From Thermoproteota archaeon (GTDB taxonomy: Archaea > Thermoproteota > Thermoprotei > Gearchaeales > Gearchaeaceae), in NCBI GenBank assembly GCA_032249315.1, contig JAVVGB010000016.1, forward strand, positions 1 through 21,553: 21,553 nucleotides of DNA. Direction: 5' to 3'. Below the pieces are notes generated by a model, which did not search any database, was not told where the DNA came from, and saw only the letters and a program-made list of their open reading frames with translations. Both the position numbers and the translations under genes were made by a program. Shown in pieces: positions 1 to 7,650 of this stretch; within the stretch, counting starts at the first letter, position 1; each line of letters begins with the position of its first letter.

Positions 1-1401
1 TTTGTTTTAATTTTCGGAACAGTTATTGTTTCTTTTTTAAATATCTGGAAAAAATACATTGTTGCCAAAGCAATCTCTTATTTATCTCTTTTAATTTCTC
101 TTTTGTTAACTTGGTATTTCCTTTCTTACATTTCTTACTATGACAAACTATTTCTGTTTAATGCCACAACAATAATTATTGACAAATTTTCTCTATTAAT
201 TTGGTTAGCTATTTTAATTGGTGGTATTGTAGCCTTAGCTTCCATGCATGAAGAATTGTTAAAAAGGGAAGCGCAACCTTTGCTTTTATTATCAGTAGCA
301 TCAGGTCTTATGGTAATTTCTTCGAGAGACTTGTTAATATTATTTGTAGCCTTAGAAGCTACAGTTTTTCCTACTTATGCATTGGTAGCTCAATTTAAAA
401 AAGATGTAATTGCAGCAGAGGCTACTGTAAAATATTTTGTATTTGGAATTTTATCTACGCTTCTATTTGGATATGGAATTGCTTTAATTTATGGTGCAGT
501 AGGTTCAACATTATTTATAGAAATAGATAATTTCATTCGTATTGAAGAATCTTCTAATTTTATCATTTTAGGTTTTATTTTAATTATTTTATCTTTAGCT
601 ATAAAAGCTACATTGTTTCCCTTACATGTATGGGCTATAGATACTTATCAAGGTTCTCCTACGAGTATTTCAGCTTATCTTTCTTCTTCTTCAAAAATAA
701 TAGGGATAGCTGCTATAGCTTTATTATTAACAGGACCTTTTTACAAGCTTTATCATGTTCCAGGCTTTGAGTTAAGGTATATAATGAGTATTTTAGCTGT
801 AGCTACAATGGTTTTACCTAATATCGCTGGTTTAGTTCAAAGGAATATTAAAAGATTGCTTGCTTATTCTTCAGTAGCTCATTCAGGCTATATGGCTCTT
901 GTTTTCGTTTTTCCAGAAGTTGCTTTACAATATTTAGCATATTATTTAATAACATACAGTATAGCTAAGTCGGTTAGTTTCTTGATAACTAATTTGATAA
1001 CTGGCGAGGGGAGTTATAGTCCTTACGATGCTTTGAGAGGTTTATTCAAATACAAAAAAACTTCTTTAGCTGCAACTGCTTTTGCAATATCTTTACTTTC
1101 ATTAGCAGGTATTCCTCCTTTTGCTGGATTTATGGCTAAGCTTTTAATTTTCCTTTATGTTGCCTCTACAGGTAATTTAGGTATAGCTTTAGCGTTAATT
1201 GCATTAATAATGAGCGCAGTTTCAGTTTACTATTATGTTTATCTAATTCGATTGGGAACTTTACCTATAACGAATGGTGGCAACATAACTTTTGTTTCAA
1301 GAGGGGATGCTAATTTTATAATGGTAATTTCTATCTTATTGCTACTAATTCTTACTTTTTATCCTAATTTATTTATTATAGAAAGATTTCCAATTATTTA
1401 A
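1..1401 (+). CDS. nuoN: NADH-quinone oxidoreductase (complex I) membrane subunit N, 5'-partial at the window edge
   Basis: Polytopic membrane protein of the proton-antiporter (NuoL/M/N) family. It has the NuoN-type motif LFVALEATVFPTYALV and a length of about 470 aa, and it is the last gene before a convergent gene. The ORF track starts it at a TTG (103), but the same frame is open with no stop from base 1 (FVLIFGTVIVSFLNIWKK...). That upstream stretch reads as a further N-terminal transmembrane helix, so the true start is probably upstream of the window. Confidence 0.8.
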   Translation, partial: FVLIFGTVIVSFLNIWKKYIVAKAISYLSLLISLLLTWYFLSYISYYDKLFLFNATTIIIDKFSLLIWLAILIGGIVALASMHEELLKREAQPLLLLSVASGLMVISSRDLLILFVALEATVFPTYALVAQFKKDVIAAEATVKYFVFGILSTLLFGYGIALIYGAVGSTLFIEIDNFIRIEESSNFIILGFILIILSLAIKATLFPLHVWAIDTYQGSPTSISAYLSSSSKIIGIAAIALLLTGPFYKLYHVPGFELRYIMSILAVATMVLPNIAGLVQRNIKRLLAYSSVAHSGYMALVFVFPEVALQYLAYYLITYSIAKSVSFLITNLITGEGSYSPYDALRGLFKYKKTSLAATAFAISLLSLAGIPPFAGFMAKLLIFLYVASTGNLGIALALIALIMSAVSVYYYVYLIRLGTLPITNGGNITFVSRGDANFIMVISILLLLILTFYPNLFIIERFPII

Positions 1402-1509
1402 CGATCAGGCTCTAAATCTCTTTAAAACTTATTTCTTTGTTATCATTATCAGTTTCAAAATAATTATATATATTTTGATAGATTAAATTAAATTTACTCT
1501 TATATTATT

Positions 1510-2424
1510 TTAATAATAAATTGTTAAATCACAAATATCAATGATTAAATTTAAAATATTTTTTAAGCTAAATAAAAATTCTGAAGGTATATCCTTTATT
1601 GAATTTAATCTATAAAACAGAAAGTTTATCCTTTCTTTTATTTCTTCAACACTTTTCTTATTTAAGAAACGAATTATTGCTCTTTCCTGAATTTCTTGTA
1701 TTTCTTCTGTAATTTTTTTCAATGTTTGCAATGTTCCTTTTCCTATTTTATTATTTAATAAATATTCAGCAATTTTTACACTCTCATCTCCTATTTTTTC
1801 AAGTATTAATCCTGCGATTCTTAAATCAAGACAATCAGTATAAGTTAAATTTAATTTATTAAGAATAGTTTCATTTTGCAATAAGCTTCTTATTTGTCTT
1901 ACCATAAGGAAATATAATCGATCAACCTCGTTATCTCTATCTATCACCTGTTTAATAAGTGTTTCATCTTCTTCATAAAAACCCTTAATAATTTCAACAT
2001 ACATTGTAGAAGTAATTGCATTAAGCCTTAATAAAAGCTTGATAGGATTTATTGAAGCATCGTTTATTAAATTATGAAGAGTAATAGAATTCATTGTTTC
2101 TTCAACGATTTCTAATCCAATTAAATTCTTTGCGGTGTTTAAAATTTTTTGTCTCTCTTCTTCAGTAAATTTTTGATCTGAAATAACATTAATTGTATGA
2201 TAGCCCAGTAAATAATAACTAAGAATTCTTCTATCTATATACTTATCAAATTTTATGTTTACAGTTTTCTCTTCTGGAAGCTTGTTAGAATAAATTAAAA
2301 TATTTCCATCATGCCTAATGGTTAGTAATATTTCTTCTCCTTTTTTTAGTTTATTCTCTTCAACCCATTTTGTAGGGATCGCTACATAATATGTATTACC
2401 TATTTTTTGCAGTTTTCTCAACAT
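1510..2424 (-). CDS. AbrB/SpoVT-domain plus PhoU-domain regulator (archaeal PhoU-like phosphate-uptake regulator homolog)
   Basis: The N-terminus KIGNTYYVAIPTKWVEENKLKKGEEILL is a swapped-hairpin AbrB/SpoVT DNA-binding motif. The C-terminal helical region carries the PhoU-type repeat signature (DRDNEVDRLYFLMVRQIR and a second helical repeat). No pst transporter genes are adjacent. Confidence 0.7.
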   Translation of the reverse strand: MLRKLQKIGNTYYVAIPTKWVEENKLKKGEEILLTIRHDGNILIYSNKLPEEKTVNIKFDKYIDRRILSYYLLGYHTINVISDQKFTEEERQKILNTAKNLIGLEIVEETMNSITLHNLINDASINPIKLLLRLNAITSTMYVEIIKGFYEEDETLIKQVIDRDNEVDRLYFLMVRQIRSLLQNETILNKLNLTYTDCLDLRIAGLILEKIGDESVKIAEYLLNNKIGKGTLQTLKKITEEIQEIQERAIIRFLNKKSVEEIKERINFLFYRLNSIKDIPSEFLFSLKNILNLIIDICDLTIYY

Positions 2425-2514
2425 ACATTTTAATTATTTAAAGTTTTTAATATGATTAAATCTCGAGTCATCAGATTAATTAATTAAATTAAACGTTGTC
2501 ATTGGAAGGTAATA

Positions 2515-2522
2515 TTTATAAA
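2515..2522 (+). promoter_or_regulatory. TATA-like box for xerA (leaderless or very short leader)
   Basis: TTTATAAA ends 24 nt upstream of the ATG at 2547, which is archaeal TATA spacing if transcription starts at or next to the start codon. Confidence 0.45.
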
Positions 2523-2546
2523 TTATAACTATTAAGTTTTTTTGCA

Positions 2547-3362
2547 ATGGAATTACCAGATTCAGCTTTAGAATTCCTTTTTACTTTAGTTGGTAAAAGT
2601 AAAAATACTAAAAAAGTTTACGAAACTATTCTAAGAAAATTCTTTAATTATGTTAATAAAACTGAAATAAACGAAATAGATGTAATAAAATTTCTTAATT
2701 TTCTTGAAAATAAAGGTTATAAAGTTTCTTCATTAAGAATTTATGCAATAGTTTTAAGAAGATATTTAAAATTTTTATCCAAAAATTATAAAAAAGTTGT
2801 TTTGCCTTCTTTAAGAAATGAGCAAAAGAATATATATATTAAAAAAGAAGACCTTAGACGATTTATTGAATCTTTTGAAGATGTAAGAGATAAATTATTA
2901 GTTAGGTTCATTTTATTAACTGGATGTCGTGTTGGAGAAGTTGCTAATTTACATATTGAAGATATAGATTTTGATAAAAGAATAATAAAAATTGTAGATC
3001 ATGGTAAATATGAAATTAAAAAACCTAGAATTATTCCTATAGATTCAGAAACATTAAAAATGTTAAAGGAATTTATTGGTGATCGAAAAAGCGGTCCTGT
3101 TTTTAATATAGGTCCAAGAGCTATTCAGAAAATAATTAAAAAAGGAGCATTAAAATCTGGAATTCCTTATGCTAATTTAATTACACCACATAAACTTAGA
3201 CATACGATGGCAATCTACTTTATAACAGAAGGAGGAGATATAAGGAGTTTACAAAGAATTTTAGGTCATAATAGTTTAAGAACAACTGAAATATATTTAG
3301 ACTATGATTTATCAGATTTAATTAAAGTTTATGATAGAGTAGCTGAAAGATTAAAATTTTGA
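2547..3362 (+). CDS. xerA: Tyrosine recombinase, XerA/XerC/XerD-like
   Basis: Complete catalytic signature: R in LTGCRVGEVANL, HxxR in HKLRHTMA, and H plus the nucleophilic Y in LGHNSLRTTEIYL. At 271 aa with an N-terminal SAM-like core-binding domain, it has the size typical of archaeal single-copy Xer rather than a viral integrase. Confidence 0.8.
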   Translation: MELPDSALEFLFTLVGKSKNTKKVYETILRKFFNYVNKTEINEIDVIKFLNFLENKGYKVSSLRIYAIVLRRYLKFLSKNYKKVVLPSLRNEQKNIYIKKEDLRRFIESFEDVRDKLLVRFILLTGCRVGEVANLHIEDIDFDKRIIKIVDHGKYEIKKPRIIPIDSETLKMLKEFIGDRKSGPVFNIGPRAIQKIIKKGALKSGIPYANLITPHKLRHTMAIYFITEGGDIRSLQRILGHNSLRTTEIYLDYDLSDLIKVYDRVAERLKF

Positions 3363-3381
3363 TTACGATAAAAAAGAAATC

Positions 3382-3391
3382 TTTTTAAATA
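3382..3391 (+). promoter_or_regulatory. TATA-like box for the LplA-like gene
   Basis: TTTTTAAATA is centred about 25 nt upstream of the ATG at 3411. Its T5 run may also serve as the xerA terminator. Confidence 0.4.
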
Positions 3392-3410
3392 CATTTTAAA
3401 AGTCTTTTCA

Positions 3411-4436
3411 ATGGATAAATGGAGATTTCTTAGTGAAACAGGAGATGTCGGTTATTACTTAGCTGTTACAGAAGTGCTTTTAAGGAGTGTAGAAAATGAA
3501 AGATCTTTAAATACTGTAAGAGTATTTCAATGTAATCCTAATGCAGTAATAATAGGAATCCAACATGACCCTTCATATATTTTAAACATTCAAGCATTAA
3601 GAGAAATGCGTTTTAATATTGGTAGAAGATTGACCGGAGGGCCTCCTTTACTTTTTACCGATAAACAATTTGCAATTCAATTTTTTGTATTCGATGAAAG
3701 ACCTTCAAAGGATGAAATGAGAAGAAAATTAATAAACTCTTTTTTAAGAGCTTTAGAAGAACAAGGTATAAAGGCTTATTTTGAAGAGCCTTATAAGTTG
3801 CTTTACAATAAAAAAATGCTAGGATATGTAGATACAATGAGACTAAATCATTCCTTATGCTTAACTTTTTACATTAATGTTGAAAATGATGATGAATACA
3901 GAAAACGAATTTTCTCTGGATTAAATTATGTTCCTTCCATATTTAGTTTTACCACAAATATCAAAAATGAACTTGGGGAATTTTCTAAAACTTCTTTAAT
4001 AGAAGGAGTAAAATCACAGATTAAAAAGGATTTTAGTATTAATTTTACTAATTCAGCTTTAACTCCATATGAAAATCTTTTATTAAAGTCTCATGTTGAA
4101 AAACATACAATGAGTGAGTGGATATATGGTTATAGAAATGTAAGAAGCTTTCTTTCTGGAAATGTTAAGAGTGTAACTATAAATACAAAAGAAGGATATT
4201 TAACGGTAATAGCTTCATCTAACAGAGGATTAATTACGAATGTTTATATTACAGGTGATTTTTACATTTATCCTCCTGAAGCACTTAATGCACTTGAAAC
4301 TTCCTTGCAATTTGCTCCTGCAGATGATAAATATATTCAAGATTGTATAGAAAGATACATTAAACTTGGAAAAGTAAAGCTTTATGGGATAGATACCAAC
4401 GATTTAGTGGAAGGTATTAAGAGAGCTGTTATTTAA
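3411..4436 (+). CDS. Lipoate-protein ligase A family (BPL/LPL catalytic domain plus C-terminal domain), divergent
   Basis: Collinear with LplA: N-terminal RFL...YLAVTEVLL, VRVFQCNPNAVIIGIQHD, then RRLTGG and a candidate catalytic lysine in NKKMLGY. The 341 aa length matches two-domain LplA. The motifs are degenerate (see findings). Confidence 0.6.
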   Translation: MDKWRFLSETGDVGYYLAVTEVLLRSVENERSLNTVRVFQCNPNAVIIGIQHDPSYILNIQALREMRFNIGRRLTGGPPLLFTDKQFAIQFFVFDERPSKDEMRRKLINSFLRALEEQGIKAYFEEPYKLLYNKKMLGYVDTMRLNHSLCLTFYINVENDDEYRKRIFSGLNYVPSIFSFTTNIKNELGEFSKTSLIEGVKSQIKKDFSINFTNSALTPYENLLLKSHVEKHTMSEWIYGYRNVRSFLSGNVKSVTINTKEGYLTVIASSNRGLITNVYITGDFYIYPPEALNALETSLQFAPADDKYIQDCIERYIKLGKVKLYGIDTNDLVEGIKRAVI

Positions 4437-5121
4437 TAATTTCTGATAAATTTTTCGCAGTTTTTGTTGCTAATTCATGGGCTTTTAATAAAGGATAAAG
4501 ATAACAATTTTGAATGCATTTAAAAAATACTTTTATACAAGAATCTAAATCTATTAAATTTCCTACGCTAATATAGTAATCTTTATTGCAGACCTTAATT
4601 ACCTTTCCTAAAATTTCGTTTTCATGTGTAACATCTCCTAAATTTTCGTTAATCCATTTAATGTTTCCTATCAATTTCTTTTTAGCAACACCTACTGTGG
4701 GTTTTTCGATTAAATATCCTACATAGCATGCCAAACCTGCTTTATAAGGATGAAGTTTACCATGACCGTCTATTAAATAAACATCAGCGCGATATTTTGA
4801 CTCTTTAATTAATTTAACCATATGCGGGCCTTCTCTTAAAAATAATAAGGTAGGAATATAAGGAAAATTAACTGTATTTATTTTTACTTTCTCTTCTATT
4901 ATTTTATGATTAATTACATCGTAGGTTATCATTGCGGTTACTATTTTATTAGAAAAATAAGAACAATCCAAGGCAGCTACAGTTTGAAAATCCATCAATT
5001 TTTCTTCTTTAATCTTGGATGCAATGAATGTTTGAATCTCTCTTGCTTTTTTAATATCACTCTTGAATTTGTTAATTATTTCTTCTATATTCTCCAAATA
5101 TTCATGCGAAAATTCTTTCAT
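4429..5121 (-). CDS. nfi: Endonuclease V (deoxyinosine 3' endonuclease)
   Basis: Family motifs are present: VAALDCSY (catalytic Asp), FPYIPTLLFLREGP, YLIDGHGKLHPYKAGLACYVG and PTVGVAKKKL. Confidence 0.9.
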   Translation of the reverse strand: MKEFSHEYLENIEEIINKFKSDIKKAREIQTFIASKIKEEKLMDFQTVAALDCSYFSNKIVTAMITYDVINHKIIEEKVKINTVNFPYIPTLLFLREGPHMVKLIKESKYRADVYLIDGHGKLHPYKAGLACYVGYLIEKPTVGVAKKKLIGNIKWINENLGDVTHENEILGKVIKVCNKDYYISVGNLIDLDSCIKVFFKCIQNCYLYPLLKAHELATKTAKNLSEIIK

Positions 5122-5212
5122 TTGTATTTCAAAACTAATGTAGTTTAATTAAATAAAATAATTGATTGAATAATTAATTTAAAATAATTTGTTTTTCTTA
5201 CAGTAAATAGTT

Positions 5213-5224
5213 ATATTTTAAATA
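5213..5224 (+). promoter_or_regulatory. TATA-like box for the MBL-fold hydrolase gene
   Basis: ATATTTTAAATA is centred about 27 nt upstream of the ATG at 5246. Confidence 0.4.
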
Positions 5225-5245
5225 GTTTATCTTATTTTATTTGAT

Positions 5246-5863
5246 ATGGAAATCTTTAAACTTGTAGTACCACCTTTAGATAACAATGTATACGTAGTTT
5301 ATGATAAAGAAACAAAAGAAGGTTATATAATAGATGTTGGATTAGGAGCAAACGAATTGGCTTCCTATGTAAAATCTCATGAAATAAAAATCCTAGGAAT
5401 CTTATTAACTCATGCACATATAGACCATACTGCACATGCTTTTTTAGTAAAAAAGCTAATCGGTTCTAAAGTCATGATACATTATGAAGATTATAATTTA
5501 CTTAAGGAATTCTTTTCCAGAGACTATCCTTATATTGATGAAAAATTAGAATATGAAGAACCAGATTATTTGTTTAAAGATGGAGAAGAATTCAAATTTG
5601 GAAAGTATAGTTTAATTGTTATAGAAACACCGGGACATACACCTGGTTCTGTATGTTTTTATGAAAAAAATGAAAAAGTATTATTTTCAGGTGATACTTT
5701 ATTTGCTGGTACTTATGGAAGAGTAGATTTTCCTTACAGTGATGAAAATAAAATGATGGAAAGTTTAAGAAAACTTGCAAGATTACCTAAGGAAGTTAAA
5801 GTATATCCTGGTCATTATGAAGAAACTAAGATAGAATATGAATATTGGTTGCTAGAGATTTAA
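5246..5863 (+). CDS. Metallo-beta-lactamase fold hydrolase (glyoxalase II-like)
   Basis: Metal-binding motif THAHIDH, later TPGHTPGS, GDTLF and a terminal PGH. The 205 aa single domain is typical of hydroxyacylglutathione hydrolase-like MBLs. Confidence 0.85.
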   Translation: MEIFKLVVPPLDNNVYVVYDKETKEGYIIDVGLGANELASYVKSHEIKILGILLTHAHIDHTAHAFLVKKLIGSKVMIHYEDYNLLKEFFSRDYPYIDEKLEYEEPDYLFKDGEEFKFGKYSLIVIETPGHTPGSVCFYEKNEKVLFSGDTLFAGTYGRVDFPYSDENKMMESLRKLARLPKEVKVYPGHYEETKIEYEYWLLEI

Positions 5864-6257
5864 GATCTCTTCCAACATAGTATAAATGAGATTTGCATTT
5901 GCAATCACTGCATCCAAATCTATTTATATATTTGAACTTATTGTTATAAAGTGTATTTGATATATCACATTCATTTTTGTTTAATAATAAAATAAAACCT
6001 ATTATAATTATGTTTTTATTTATAATTAAATAATCTATATGCCAATGTTTTCTTTTTATTTTATTTAAATATCTTAAAATTCTTGATTTATATGTTTTCT
6101 TTGCAGAGCCTATATATAAATAGTAGCCTTTTTTAAAGGTAATTTCTCCTATTTTTCCTATATTAGCTTTAAATTTTTTCTTAATTTTTATAATTAAAAT
6201 GTATGATCCTTTTAATTTTAAAATATTATTAAAGTTATTTAAATAACCATTTTTCAT
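5826..6257 (-). CDS. DUF123 protein (GIY-YIG nuclease superfamily)
   Basis: Near-consensus DUF123 pattern: GSYILII...IGKIGEITFKKGYYLYIGSAKK...RILRYL...KHWHIDYL...FGCSDCKCKSHLYY. Confidence 0.8.
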   Translation of the reverse strand: MKNGYLNNFNNILKLKGSYILIIKIKKKFKANIGKIGEITFKKGYYLYIGSAKKTYKSRILRYLNKIKRKHWHIDYLIINKNIIIIGFILLLNKNECDISNTLYNNKFKYINRFGCSDCKCKSHLYYVGRDLKSLATNIHILS

Positions 6258-6993
6258 ATGGCATATTTAACTTACTTGCATCTTCATCTTCGTTTGTTAA
6301 TATATTTAATCCTCGAATTATTGCAACAGGTATTCCCTCATCTCCTTGTCCCATAATTAATTCAGCTGCAGAAGCCAATTCATCAGCTATAGCAATATTT
6401 TTTACTTGTAAAATATATCCTGATCTATCAGCTTTTCCTCTATAATCTTTAAAGATTTTAACTCCAGAGACTCCTATAGCTAAGTTTATTTGGCCTTCTC
6501 TTAAAGGTCTACCGTAAGTATCTGAAATTATTATGCCTACTTTTTTACCTGTTCTTTTTTCAATTTCATTTCTTATAATTCTTGCACTTTTATTAGGGTC
6601 TTCAGGTAATAAAGTAACATATTCTCCTCCTTTTACATTAGATCTATCTATACCTGCATTTGCGCAAACAATGCCATGTTTAGTTTCAACGATCAAATGT
6701 CCAGCTTTTGCTTTAACAATTCTCCTAGATTCTCTTAATACTAGCTCAACAAATCTTGGGTCTTTTTGAGTAATTTTAGATAATATTATGGCTTTTTGTG
6801 AAGGTATAACATTATTTAAATTAACTATTTTGCCTTCCCATTTTGAAATTATCTTTTGGGAAATAACAATAATATCATTATCTTGAAGTTCTATATTTTC
6901 AGATTTTATTCCGTCTAAAATTAGTCCTACAAGGTCATCGTTTTCTTTAATTTCTGGTAAACCTTCAATTCCTATAATTTCGACTTTTTTCAT
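6235..6993 (-). CDS. cofE: Coenzyme F420-0:L-glutamate ligase
   Basis: The N-terminus VEIIGIEGLPEIKENDDLVGLI...DIIVISQKIISKWEG and the internal GIVCANAGIDRSN and GIIISDTYGRPLREGQINLAIG match the CofE family. At about 250 aa it is a stand-alone form with no fused nitroreductase domain. Confidence 0.9.
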   Translation of the reverse strand: MKKVEIIGIEGLPEIKENDDLVGLILDGIKSENIELQDNDIIVISQKIISKWEGKIVNLNNVIPSQKAIILSKITQKDPRFVELVLRESRRIVKAKAGHLIVETKHGIVCANAGIDRSNVKGGEYVTLLPEDPNKSARIIRNEIEKRTGKKVGIIISDTYGRPLREGQINLAIGVSGVKIFKDYRGKADRSGYILQVKNIAIADELASAAELIMGQGDEGIPVAIIRGLNILTNEDEDASKLNMPYEKWLFK

Positions 6994-6996
6994 TTT

Positions 6997-7650
6997 TTAA
7001 TTATTTGCTAATTCTTTTATGTATTTAATGCTTTTTTTGTTGGAATTTAAAGTTTTAAAATATTTAAACCGAATAATATCATCTAAATCTAAACATATTC
7101 TTTCATTACTATAAATGGTTACGTTATAATTATTATCTAAGGCATTTTTCAAATGTAATAAAAAACTAGTTTTTCCTTCGCCAAATTCTAAATTAATTTT
7201 AACATAATTTCTAAGCATTAGAATATTTGTGCCTCCGTCACAAGAAGGTCCTAATATAATTTCATAGTTTTCTATAAGTTTTCCCAGATTACTAATGTCT
7301 ATAGGTTCGATTAAAGGTAAATCTGAAGGAATTACTAGTGTAGCATCGTTTTCTTCTTTTCTCAAATAGTCTAATGCAAATTCTAAAGCTTTATTTAATT
7401 CTTCTTTATTAATCAAAATTTCAATTTCTTTATATTTTTTAAATTCGCTTAAATCATCATAGCTTACTAGATATATTTTATTTATCGATTGAGATGAAAT
7501 ACAGCTCTCTAATATATCTTCAAGCATTAACAAAGTAAGGGTTATTCGAGAATTTTCATCTAAATATTTTATTAATCTACTTTTTGTCTCATTTAACTTT
7601 TTTATAGGAATTAAGATGTTAATTTTCATTTTATCATGTTCTCTCCACAT
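6997..7650 (-). CDS. cofC: 2-phospho-L-lactate (or PEP) guanylyltransferase
   Basis: KINILIPIKKLNETKSRLIKYLDENSRITLTLLMLEDIL is the CofC/FbiD N-terminal nucleotidyltransferase motif, and about 210 aa is the expected size. The second Met (MKINILIPIK, position 7629) may be the real start. That would leave a 4-nt gap after the upstream stop instead of a 17-nt overlap. Confidence 0.85.
   Translation of the reverse strand: MWREHDKMKINILIPIKKLNETKSRLIKYLDENSRITLTLLMLEDILESCISSQSINKIYLVSYDDLSEFKKYKEIEILINKEELNKALEFALDYLRKEENDATLVIPSDLPLIEPIDISNLGKLIENYEIILGPSCDGGTNILMLRNYVKINLEFGEGKTSFLLHLKNALDNNYNVTIYSNERICLDLDDIIRFKYFKTLNSNKKSIKYIKELANN

Noticed and set aside
103-105. The TTG at 103 as the nuoN start codon, as in the ORF track.
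   Set aside because: The frame is open from base 1, and the upstream 34 codons read as a hydrophobic helix that aligns with the NuoN N-terminus. The gene is more likely truncated by the window edge.
2425-2474. A candidate C/D-box sRNA on the minus strand (CTGATGA at 2474-2468).
   Set aside because: There is no D box (CTGA) or C'/D' pair at an appropriate distance downstream. The first base deviates from RUGAUGA, and the region runs directly into the PhoU-like start codon.
2500-2546. A possible dif-like Xer recombination site in the A/T-rich region upstream of xerA (TTATAAATTATAA, and the TTAATTAATTAA palindrome at 2476-2487).
   Set aside because: These are low-complexity A/T repeats with no convincing 11-6-11 imperfect dyad. 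They are better explained as promoter elements, and archaeal dif sites are not required to lie next to xerA.
2547-3362. The tyrosine recombinase as a marker of an integrated mobile element or virus.
   Set aside because: There is no adjacent tRNA gene, and I found no flanking direct repeats. There are no viral or plasmid genes nearby, and codon and base composition do not change. The neighbours are housekeeping genes. The size and motifs fit the chromosomal XerA resolvase.
3655-3837. Eleven short or medium ORFs in the supplied track lie antisense to, or out of frame within, well-supported genes: 3655-3837(-), 4906-5148(+), 6533-6769(+), 8642-8872(+), 11194-11406(+), 11593-12045(+), 11990-12271(+), 12745-12927(-), 13183-13371(-), 16831-17046(+), 17225-17416(+).
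   Set aside because: Each is nested in, or largely overlaps, a gene with clear family motifs on the other strand or frame. Their translations are low-complexity, Leu/Phe/Ile/Ser-rich mirror products typical of shadow ORFs in AT-rich DNA. None has a recognisable motif or its own promoter-like spacing.
7629-7650. Whether the 17-nt Dus-like/cofC overlap is real.
   Set aside because: This is unresolved rather than rejected. The second Met (7629) gives a CofC N-terminus (MKINILIPIK) that matches the family better and a 4-nt gap. I kept the ORF-track coordinates but flagged the alternative start.
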